Shown here: in pieces, positions 10,692 through 20,413 of the stretch
Numbering within the stretch: position 1 is the first letter of the stretch
Layout of the letters: the number at the start of each line of letters is the position of its first letter
NCBI GenBank assembly: GCA_977017575.1
Contig: CDRNVI010000003.1
Coordinates: 248,001-312,000, forward strand
Source of the DNA: Paramoeba atlantica
Taxonomy: Eukaryota > Protista > Discosea
DNA: 64,000 bases
Direction: 5' to 3'
Made by a program: the position numbers and the translations under genes
Notes under the pieces: generated by a model
Told to the model about the DNA's origin: nothing
The model's database searches: none
Seen by the model: the letters and a program-made list of their open reading frames with translations, nothing else

Positions 10692-10783
10692 CAATTGCGG
10701 TGGTTGTAGAACTACCTCTCTACCCTCGATTATTGAAAAAAAAGTGAACAAAAACAGTGAAAATATAAAGAGGAACACAGTAA
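10692..10783 (-). repeat. Terminal segment of family E
   Basis: Reverse complement is nearly identical to 4708-4796 and 25471-25557. Preceded by TA at 10690-10691. Confidence 0.8.
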
Positions 10784-10785
10784 TA

Positions 10786-11165
10786 ACCCCCCCATAGCGA
10801 ATAGTCATTCCCCTCTTTTTTTCGTACAGCGAGGCTTAGGGGGGTTGCGATACCACTTTCTCGTTCAAAATTTTGAGATCTGCACGTTTCCGCTGTTTTC
10901 AGACCTCTTTACAAATAAAAAATAAAAACACATTTTCTGAATCATTTTTTTCAGAGTCATTCCAATATTACCCGAAAAATAACATGTTCGGCGGCCAGGC
11001 GGGAGAAGGGGATCAATATGAAAATGGCGTCACAGCTCCTCGCTAGGGGAACGAGACCTCTCGTTTGCAACAAAAATGAGCAAAAACAGATAAACAACAA
11101 AAATCAGCTCAAATGGACACTTGGCTGAAAAGTTAGAGGGGGGTGACTTTTCGCTGTGGGGGATT
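10786..11165 (+). mobile_element. Internally deleted derivative (MITE) of the Tc1 A/C family, 380 bp
   Basis: TIRs ACCCCCCCATAGCGAATAGTCA / AATCCCCCACAGCGAAAAGTCA with TA TSD. Retains family sub-terminal motifs AAAATTTTGAGATCTG and AAATCAGCTCAAA(C/T)GGACA. Confidence 0.82.
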
Positions 11166-11169
11166 TATA

Positions 11170-11385
11170 ATGAACCGTGTTCCGGGTTATTGTGCCCCCT
11201 GCACAATAACTGGCTCTAGGCACAATAACTAAATATTGGAAAAAGCCAGGGTTCGCGGAAACTTTTTTATACCGTTACACCCCCCTGACTTAGCCTCATA
11301 AAAACGGGCAAAAAACGGGATTTGAGGCTAGGTCAGGGGGGAGAACCGATTTTTTAACCCCCCCCAGACTTAGCCTCAAATCCCG
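11170..11385. repeat. Stack of short MITE termini and hairpins
   Basis: GTTATTGTGC/GCACAATAAC hairpin plus a third copy. CCGTTACACCCCCCTGACTTAGCCTCA with inverted partner TGAGGCTAGGTCAGGGGG and a third direct copy. Confidence 0.6.
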
Positions 11386-11509
11386 ATCACTTCAATTTCT
11401 TTGTAGAAAAAAAATTAAATTACCAATTCAAGGTACTGTTGGTATGAGTATTAGAAAAAGGAATATATCAGAATTCGCTTTACGAATATTCAGTAGAAAG
11501 TATATGTTA

Positions 11510-11978
11510 CAGGGGTCCGAAAAACTTTTAAAGTTTTATTTATAGCAAAAAAAATATAGTACTATATTGATGCTATAAGTACTTCAAAAACTTCAAAAAC
11601 TATAAATAAATAGGCAACCATTTTCGGCCTTCGGACTGGTACTTCGCTCGTCAGGTGGTCTATGGCAGGGAATGATCAAAGGTCAAGAGGGTTATGTCAG
11701 ACATTTTTTTCAAAAGCCTATCTTCTTTGCTGCGGATGCACATCAAAACGGGTTGCAGCTTGACAAATATCCTCTATAGACAAAAAAACATTTATGTTTG
11801 AGGCAAGAAATCACTAAGGAATACTTTATTACACAGAAGAAAATATTTAAAATGTTATCTGTCACTATTCAATTGTCGAAATCTCTAGGTGAAAAATACA
11901 GTTTAATATATAGCATGAAATAAAATATAGTACTATAAAGTACTATATTTATAGTTTTTGAAGTTTTTCGGACCCCTG
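11510..11978. mobile_element. Tc1-type MITE (~470 bp) interrupting the YR gene
   Basis: TIRs CAGGGGTCCGAAAAACT / AGTTTTTCGGACCCCTG with TAGTACTATA sub-terminal repeats. TA on the left; right flank reads CT-TA (imperfect). Confidence 0.75.
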
Positions 11979-11979
11979 C

Positions 11980-12345
11980 TTATTTCCTAAACAGAATTTG
12001 ATATTTTTGAAGACTTTCAAAGGCTCTCCTAACGGCTCGATGGTCCCGTGTTCGGTAAATGGCATAGAAAAACTCCTCAATTTATCAAGTGCTAATTCCT
12101 ATTTGTTTCCCCGTTGTATTAGGACACATTTCGGTAAAGCACTTCAGGACGCCTCGCGTTTGTTCGACTGGCCTCCGGGGCTGGTATTTTCACCTCAATG
12201 TCTGCGCCATACTGGTCATACCGCTAGGTTACAATACGCTAGCGACGCCGTTGGAGCGGCACTTTCTAGGACAAGCGAATCTACTTTGAAGCATTATGTT
12301 GGGCCCAACAGCTGCCCGAAACGAAGGCAGTCTTGTTCGAAATGA
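11980..12345 (+). pseudogene. Tyrosine recombinase C-terminal half (YR retrotransposon)
   Basis: LKTFKG (catalytic Lys region), FSPQCLRHTG (HxxR box with Q for H), TLKHY (catalytic Tyr). The frame appears to continue upstream of the MITE to about 11390. Confidence 0.72.
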
Positions 12346-12505
12346 TGCAATTCCAAAATCTGGTACCAGTAGTATTGTTGATTGGGGCGCCTCACGGTTC
12401 AAAAACTTATGAAAGGTGTAGCTCGTGTTACTCTAGATTACAGCCAGCTAAAAATGGCTACCTAAAATGAAGTATTTTCTTAAATTTAAAACAAGTTTAA
12501 TATTA

Positions 12506-14063
12506 CAGGGGTGAAAACCTCGTGGTGGGAGGGTCTAAAATTCGTAAAAATTATCCAATTTTGGAAAGTAATAGCGCATTCGAGAGCTCGCACAGAGTTG
12601 TATGTTTTAGCACTATTTACGGCCTGTGACTCAACATGAAACGATGAGACAAAAAAAATCATGATTTTTTTTCTTGCCCAAATTTACGTTTTTTCAGTTT
12701 TTAGCTGTTTTTCAGTCAATATTAGCACTATATGCCCCAGAAACGGATTCGTTCCCGAACCTCACGTGGTGTACTCAGCGACAGGTCCTATTCCTCCCCC
12801 GCACGGGTGATACCAAGTCACCGTATGCTTCTTGTCTCAGATTATCTTGAGACAGGGTCCTATTCTCGGACAGCCCAAAACTTCGGCGTCCACGAAAATA
12901 CAGTAAAACGTCTTGTGATACGCTATGAGAACACTGGAGACGTGGAAAGCTCTCCTATTTCACGCCCATCTCCTGTCAGTACCCCTGCGCTGCACGAAGC
13001 AGCTATCCGCCTCATTGATGAGGGATACCGTGACCTCCCGTACGGGATTGAGAACTGGTGTGCACTCCATAGAGTTGTGCTTTCTCTTGGATTTCAGTGT
13101 TCAAGACCAACTTTGGTTAACGCCATGAAGAGCCATGGTATGATCATGCGAACTTTAAAAAGAAAGCCCGCACTGACCGATGAACACAAGAGGAAACGAG
13201 TGCATTTTTGTTCTGAGATGCTCACTTGATCAGATACCCAACTGAGACAAATTGTTTTCTGCGATGAGAAGAAGTTCACTTGCGGTAGGGGACGAAACAA
13301 AATTACTTACCTTTGCCGGAAGACTGACCCCGCCAAGGAACAGCAGGGAGAGCTAGAACCTTGGTATGGAGGGAACGGCGTCATGGTGTGGATGGGGGTC
13401 AGTTTAAATCATGGATTTCATCTACACATTTTTCCCTCCCACGACCCTTCCGGCCGAAAAGTAACTGTAACAGGGGATGTTTTCAATGACGCCATGAAGA
13501 AGCGCAAAGGACTTTTAAATTATTTGAGGCGCCACCCATCTGGGGTCGTTGCAATGGATAATTGTCCTGTTCATAATTCTGCGCGAACAACCTTTCGCAA
13601 CGAAGGTATTAATGTACTCTCTTGGCCTGCAAAATCCCCCGATTTAAACACCGTTGAAAACCTTTGGGGGACCATGGACAGGATCAAAAATGATCTTCGA
13701 CCCAAGAATCGGGCTGAATTAGTATCGGCCATTGAGACAGCGTTCGAAAGATTACAATCAGAACGCAAGCAAGAATGTATTAACACGATGAGCAGTTTCC
13801 GCAAGCGTTGTCGCATCGCTATTGAGCGAAACGGGTCTTCCTGTGGGTATTAAGGGTAATTTTTGACCATTTTTTACAGTTTTTCAAATTTGCAAATCGT
13901 GTTTTTGACCCTTCCATCAAAGGGGGGTACCCCCCTAACCCCCGCAAACTGCCTATCTTAAAACATACAACTCTGCGAGAGCTCTCGAACGCGCTATTAT
14001 TTTCCAAAATTGGACAAATTTTACGAATTTTAGACCCCCCCCACCATGGGATTTTCACCCCTG
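12506..14063 (+). mobile_element. Tc1-like transposon B (DD32E), 1558 bp
   Basis: ~100-bp TIRs starting CAGGGGTGAAAA, TA TSD (12504-12505, 14064-14065). Confidence 0.92.
12732..13853 (+). pseudogene. Tc1 transposase B with one in-frame TGA
   Basis: HTH region, KRVHFCSEMLT*SDTQLRQIVFCDEKKF, VMVWMGV, AMDNCPVH, SWPAKSPDLNTVENLW. The only lesion seen is TGA 13227-13229 at the conserved Trp. Confidence 0.92.
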
Positions 14064-14199
14064 TATGTGCCTCGGTACGGGAAATACGACACATGTTTTA
14101 TCTTTTTTCCACCAATTAAAAGAAGAAATTGTCACAATTCAATTTTCATTACTAATATAATTTCTACAGATAATTCACATTATACTGCTGTAATTCAGC

Positions 14200-15957
14200 A
14201 TGGATAAGAAAGATACACCGTTATATTCACGCACGGTGACTCACAATTGCACGAAAATATTCAAAGGAATAATATGTGGGGCCAACGTGCCTTTGGCCGA
14301 GCTGGTGAACGTTGGAGGTGCTATTTTTTATAGAGGAAAGACGCTTGTAGATACACCATACGTGAGATTAGCTTTGCAGCTCTTTAATAAAGACCCTATA
14401 CAAGATCAAGAAGTTGAAAAAATTCTTCAGGAAACACCCACCTTGCAGAAGACACGCTGGAACAAACACATTGAATATTTGCTTGATTGCGGTGCCTTAG
14501 AGCCTTTAGCTCAGAATGGTGGGGAAAATTTTACTCCGTTTCTCGCAACATACATGGCTGTACAAAAAATGGAAGGGAAAGCTCGAGCAATACTTGATAT
14601 GAGAAAGTTGAATGCAGCGACTCAATGCACTGGAGTCCCGTTTTCGGTTCTTGGAGTGAACCAGTTTTTTGACGAGATTAGAAAACTACAATTTGCAAAA
14701 TACCGTCTTCGCGCGATTCATGCAGATATTCGTAATGCATATTATCAGATTTCAATTGGACCTGAGCTAGGCAAAAGGTGTTGCATAAAGCATTGTAACA
14801 AAATTTTGCAGTGCACCGTGCTTCCCATGGGGTTTGTGAATTCTTGTGGTATATGCCAGTCCATTGTCTGGGGAGTACTACTCAACTTGACAGATGCAGT
14901 TCGAAAATCGGTGTACACATGTGATGGAGCTCCAGCATGTATTGCGCTCGAAACTGGGGGTGCCATATTCCTAGTGTATGATAGCATTCTTCTTTTCGTG
15001 CCACGTACCCAGCAAGACGAGTGGAAACGATTAATTCAACGTAATTTTGAAAGATTGGCTCGTATGAAACTAAAATATCTGCAGCTAGAGGCAATAGATT
15101 CTGAATTTACCTATTGTGGAATCAGAATGAGGCTTACTTCACAGGGTATCGAATGGACTTTAGACCCCTCTACTCTCACAATGTAGAAAACCATGGCTGA
15201 AGCATACCTTCCATATACTCCGAGGTCCTTCTTCTCTCTCCTTGGATATTACAGATTTGCAGCTGCTGTTGCAGAATTCGATCGTTCTAAGTTAGGCCGA
15301 GCTTTAAAAATACAAAGTTCTCTTGGTAGGGTCACGGAATGGGACTTCGCTTTGCCAGAATTAGAAGTTGGAATTCAACTTGTTCGAAGAATGATTGCAA
15401 ATTTGTCTATCAAGTGGCTACATCCTCGATCTCACTTGAGTGTATCGTCTTTGAAGACCGTATATATTGCCGTAGACGCAACGCCCTCAAGATGGGCTAT
15501 TAAGGGATTAAAAGCTTCACATTCTATCATCGACTTCGATAATTTTAGATCGCGGGGAGACTCATCTGAGAACGAATATGATATTGCAATAGCAGAAACC
15601 TTGGCGTTGGAATCGGGAATACGAGTCGGAAAAAGTCAGCAAGCTGAAACAATGTACATGATGAGCGATAACGTGGCTGCCGGACGAGCCGTGGACAAAA
15701 AGTATAGCCCTGTCGCAGACATCGACGTTATTATACAACGTATTGCTACTTTACTTGGTACTTCAACAGTAATCATAGTCGACACTCCTTCGGAGGGGAA
15801 CGTTGCTGATATTTACACCCGCCCAAATAGAGAGACTACCCAATTAGAGAAAAACTATCGAGAAGCGTGCTCCTTGGAAAGGTTAGAACGTGCAGAAAGA
15901 TATTGGATAGATACGGCCAAGACTTTTTGTCCGCGCATGTGCAATAACAAAGGCTAA
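14200..15957 (+). pseudogene. Reverse transcriptase-RNase H of a DIRS/VIPER/TATE-like retroelement, one in-frame TAG
   Basis: RT motifs YMAVQKMEGKARAILDMRKLN, HADIRNAYYQI, LPMGFVNS, LVYDSIL. TAG at 15184-15186. RNase H motifs IAVDAT, IAETLAL, MSDNVAA, GNVADIYTR. Confidence 0.88.
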
Positions 15958-16462
15958 GAGGGCAGTTACTTATAATATGTTATAAATGTGTTATCATAAT
16001 ATGTTGATAATAAAGTAATGTTAATAATATGTTATAAATTATTGTTAGTTTAAGAATCTTATAAAGTGCGTTTTCGATGCCTTTAAACCATCGTTTTTCT
16101 CGCTATCTCATAAAGGCGAACTTACACATTTGCAGCGCAGACACTCGGCGGTGATAGAATCTTCTAGGCACGTACTGGAGGACACTTTATCATCTCATAG
16201 AATCTGTGTTACCGTAAAGCCGGAGAAGGGGTAACAAAATTTCACTTACTACATACTGTCCCCCCCCACTTATGCGCAACGGTTTGACACGGCTACTTAA
16301 GCGCAATATTTGAGGCATTTTAATATTGAGGCATTTTTTTTAGAGGATTTTTTTATACTTGGTCATTTTATGGGTAGTTTATATCGCTTTATATTTTTTT
16401 ATGGCATGTACGATTTTTTGTTCATCGACTCATTACACTCTGGCTAGCTTTTTTTTATTTCT

Positions 16463-18367
16463 TTGGTTTTTTTACATTATGGTTCTCTCTCCACCTTCAG
16501 CTCAATCCTCAGAAGAGAATGTCACCCCCCTATTCAACCCCCTTCATTGCGCTCCCCACCTTCAGCTCAATCCTCAGCACAAACTAGAAAATTGACTGAC
16601 TGGGTACGGATACAGGAGCCACATCCCCGTATCGGTCTATTGGCGAACTGTCATGTCGCGTCAGCTCCAGCAGCACCATCGCTTCCAAGTACTCCAGAAG
16701 TTCGCCCCACTTCGCAGCGTAGTTTGACAATGCAAGAGAAGGTTTCGATTTGTAGATCTTCTTGCTCAAACAAAAAGCTTGAAAAAAAGTATGGGACCGC
16801 GTTATCGACCATTACAAGGATTCGAAAGAATGGTGTACAACACTATCAGAAGCATTTGAATCGAGGTGGTGCATCAAGGAAAAGAGAACGTGGTTTCAAC
16901 GCAGAGCGCCAGGGCGCTATGGAATTAGTTCATAGGGATTTACTGGCGTTGCAAAACGGCATGTTTCATATTTCAAAAGATCACGTCTTTGATCTAATGA
17001 ATAAACACTCTGTTTTTCCTGAAGAAGTGACGGAACGGAGACGTGAACTTGTCTACCAACACTTCAGATATGTGTTCGGATGGACTTGGCAGAGATTTGG
17101 GAGAATGCCTTATGTTGCACCAACAGACACCTCTCGGCGCATACATGGATGGTCCCGTCAGTTCTTTGCACAACATAGTATTCGCAAATACTCGTATGTC
17201 TTCTTCGGAGATGAAACCGCAGTATTTGTGGATGGCGAAATACGTGGTATTTCGCTTGCGCAAATTGGAACGAAAACTCCCAAAATTGCTGAAACTAACG
17301 GTAAAGAAACCGTAACTGTTTTCTTGGCAGGCTTATTTGATGTTAATTCTAAAAGCGTTGTGCCACTGCCACCCGCGATTGTCTTCGAATCGAAGGCTAA
17401 ATCGCAGACTTCATCTCGTATTCTCTCTGAGGCTACTCCTGCTTCCACTGGATTATCGAACGCAGTGTACGTTTTTGTATCGGACTCAGGATGGGTCAAA
17501 AAAGATATATTCTCTGAAATTCTACAACGGTACATGGGAAGTTTTAATGACTCCTGTTTACCTACCGCTATCGTAGTCGATGATTTTACGGCTCATCGAA
17601 TCAGTGATCTACCGACGAATTGCGATATGCACCGCGTTCCAGGGGGTTGTACTCATTTGATTCAAGTACATGATCATCTGTTCATTAATCTTCACTTTAA
17701 AAGATGCTACAAAAATCTTCTTAGTACATAGCGCTCTAATGCTCAGACATACGAAAACGTTTCACGACAACGCGTAATACAATTGGTAGGGGAGGCGCAC
17801 GCAAAAACTTGGTCAACATATACGACACAGATTTCAGATGTAGCGAAGAGATTTTTGTTTGATCCAATGTCTGTATATCCGTGGAACGGAACTGATCGAA
17901 GTCCTTCCAACAGTGAATTACTTGAAAACTCCCATGATTTACCTGTCCGAGTAAATTCTAATGCTTCCACGAAACATCCGAGCAATGTAGCTGCGAACTT
18001 TGATACTACCGGTCGTACCCACGAAAATCCTGTTATACCCACGAAAATACCCACGAAAATACAAGCAAAGATGCCGATAAAGGTTCCAATAAAGACTTCA
18101 GTCAAGAGTCCCATCAAGGCCCGTTTAATAGTTTCGCCACCTGTGATTGCTAACAAGGACGCGAAAGATGGTACCATACTTATCACTGCTCGTGGAAACG
18201 ATTTATCTTCCTTCCCAGAAGCTCATGACGTAGATCGTGATGCAGACACGTCAACTCCTCCTCCGGAACAGGAAACACGACGGTGGAAGAGCTATCGACG
18301 GGCGGGCTCGCTAATCCCATCTCCTTGTTTGGTATGGTATGTGTCAGAAGGTTATTTCCCTTTTTAA
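16463..18367 (+). pseudogene. pogo/CENP-B-type transposase (HTH + DDE_1, DD30D) and linker
   Basis: HTH LTMQEKVSICR..KKYGTALSTITRIRK; FFGDETAVF; IVVDDFTAH; PGGCTHLIQVHDHLFINLHFK. In-frame TAG at 17729-17731, then the frame continues to 18367. First in-frame ATG is near 16730. Confidence 0.9.
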
Positions 18368-18887
18368 AAGGCTCCATCCAGAACACGGGGTTCTTTTTCT
18401 TGGGCCTTTCGTTGTACAGATGTTACTGGCTCGTGGTACCCTGCCCTGCGCTACTGACCACGGTACAAGAATTCATGCGTGCCTATTGTATACCAACCAT
18501 TTCGTACTTGTGATTGTCCGTGGACATATCATAACTGTGTACGATAGTATGCGGTCGTATTCCCCTCACGCGGCTCGGGACAACATCCATTCTTTTAAGA
18601 CACGTATAGCTGAACTCTTGTGTTTATCTCCGCGAACGTATATCATTTCTTATGTACCCTGCGAGCAACAGGCTCCCGGTGAAAATAATTGTGCTATTCA
18701 CGTCGTGAACAACTTGTACCGTTCTTTGTTCAACAATGACGCGAAAGATGTCTTGACCAGGAAAACGTTGAGCCCGGAGTGGTTTCCTGCGGATGCGGAC
18801 CCTACTTTTTCGGATACCGAGTCGGATGTCAGTGTTATGGTCGAAGAACTTGGGACATTGTGTGTAGAAAAGGAAACTACAGATTGA
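18280..18887 (+). pseudogene. Ulp1-like SUMO/C48 cysteine protease domain
   Basis: Triad in order: His (YTNHFVLV), Asp (ITVYDSM), then Gln and Cys (CEQQAPGENNCAIHV). Out of frame with the transposase, probably through decay. Confidence 0.82.
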
Positions 18888-19789
18888 GATTATTCGCATT
18901 GAGTATAATTTTATGTCATTTGTACTTAGGGTTTTTTCAGTGCTTTCCTAGTATTCTCCTTGTTTTTCCCCTTTGTAAGCATATTAACACGACTACACTA
19001 CTAACTTTTACAAATTTATGGGCGCCGTGATACTATATTGAGAACGATGTGCTGTTATGATATTACGTTCCGCTGTGTACTACTACAGCCTTCTACTGCA
19101 TCATACGTAAATATACATGGATATACATGTATAAATTTATTACTGCGCCTACAAAAGTTATTAAAAAATAAGTTACAAGCAGTCTCCTTTTTAGAGTAAC
19201 TTCACTTTTAGTCATTTTCTGTTTCTTTTAACGAATCGTAGCTACAATAAGCAAATGCACAGAATCGTCAAACATGTTGCATCCCATCCCATCCCATCCC
19301 CCCCCCCCCCGCACTTACCGAAGACACGAAGGTGAGGAACAGCTTGAAGACAGCACCGATTAGAAGATGACTCACGAAACATAAGTAGACAACATAAATA
19401 CTAAGAAGCACAGATGATATCCATGCCGCGAAGCGGCGCGACTTTTTTTATGTTTTTTTTGTCCGAAATATCTTTTCCCCTTGAGATATTTCTGACCCGG
19501 CTACTTAAGCGCAATTTTCGGCCAAAACCCGGTTGCGCTTAAGTGGGGGGGGGACAGTAATATGTAGCATTAGTGCCTTTGTACTCCTTCCACCCCAAAA
19601 GACAACAAATCAGGGGCTGGAAACAATGTCGTTATATCCACGCGGGTATACATAAAACGCCTTTTATGTCCCAAGGGCATAAAATATGCCTTTTCGCTTA
19701 TCCAAAAATTCGGTAGAGTAGAACTGCCATGACCTTTTCTTTGCGTTCGAACTTCAGGTTACCTGTTATTGCAGGGGAATTGAAAGCGA

Positions 19790-19865
19790 AGGAGGGCGAA
19801 AGGGAAGATGGGTGGAAGGGAAGTCTGTGTGAAGGGGGTGAAGAGGGTGAAAGGGAGTGAAGGAT
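19790..19865 (-). promoter_or_regulatory. Polypyrimidine tract (possible trans-splicing/polyadenylation signal)
   Basis: Purine-rich stretch on plus, i.e. C/T-rich on the sense (minus) strand, downstream of MSH5. Confidence 0.4.
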
Positions 19866-20413
19866 CTCGCATTACACGAATAGGTACTTTTCGATTGAGT
19901 GAGTTGACAGTAAGAAAAAAATGTGCGTAAAGAAAGATAGTAAAAATGCTACTAAACAGTGCAACCGATTCGCAAAATGCAGTCAAAACCAAAAAAATAC
20001 GTTATATCAGCCCAAATGCAAAATTGAATACAAAAAATTCGAACACCGAGAAAAGAATCGCGCATCAACTGCCAATGTGACATCGATTGGTGTTGATATT
20101 TTCAATCAATTTTCAATAAATACAACACTGTAGACACCTGGAGAGATCAGAAAGTTCGAACTCTTAATCAGTTAGATATCAGCCCAAATAACTTAGACAC
20201 GAAAAACATAAACTTTAAAAATATAAAACAATTGCACCAATTTTGACAATTAGCGTTTTTTAAGGCAGGAATAACCCAGTGAAATCAAGCATGCATAAAA
20301 CGAACGGAATAAAAAGGGCAAGAAAATGCATCAAAAAAGCACCTCAAAGAATGAGGCAAGATCAAAAATATTGTACAAATTGTAAACTAGAAATATAAGG
20401 CTAATATATATAT

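Larger units (their letters stand above)
16256..19557 (+). mobile_element. pogo-like DNA transposon, 3302 bp, carrying a Ulp1/C48 protease
   Basis: TIRs CTGTCCCCCCCCACTTA(T/A)GCGCAAC, TA TSD (16254-16255, 19558-19559), sub-terminal direct repeat CGGCTACTTAAGCGCAAT near both ends. Confidence 0.92.

Noticed and set aside
11432-11570. Spliced-leader RNA-like words (GTACTGTTG-GTATGAG; GTACTATATTG)
   Set aside because: The rest of the 39-nt leader is absent; the words fall in the YR remnant and in a MITE's palindromic repeats.
3966-17731. Reassigned nuclear genetic code (stop read as Trp)
   Set aside because: Host genes are long open frames using TGG for Trp and ending at TAA, TAG or TGA; internal stops occur only in TEs and pseudogenes.
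17743-18186. Minus-strand hydrophobic 147-aa ORF inside the pogo element
   Set aside because: Antisense of the repetitive PTKI/PIK linker; no independent evidence.
19560-19760. Decayed host gene split by the pogo insertion (continuing at 16065-16255 on minus)
   Set aside because: The frames contain several stops and I could not assign a family.
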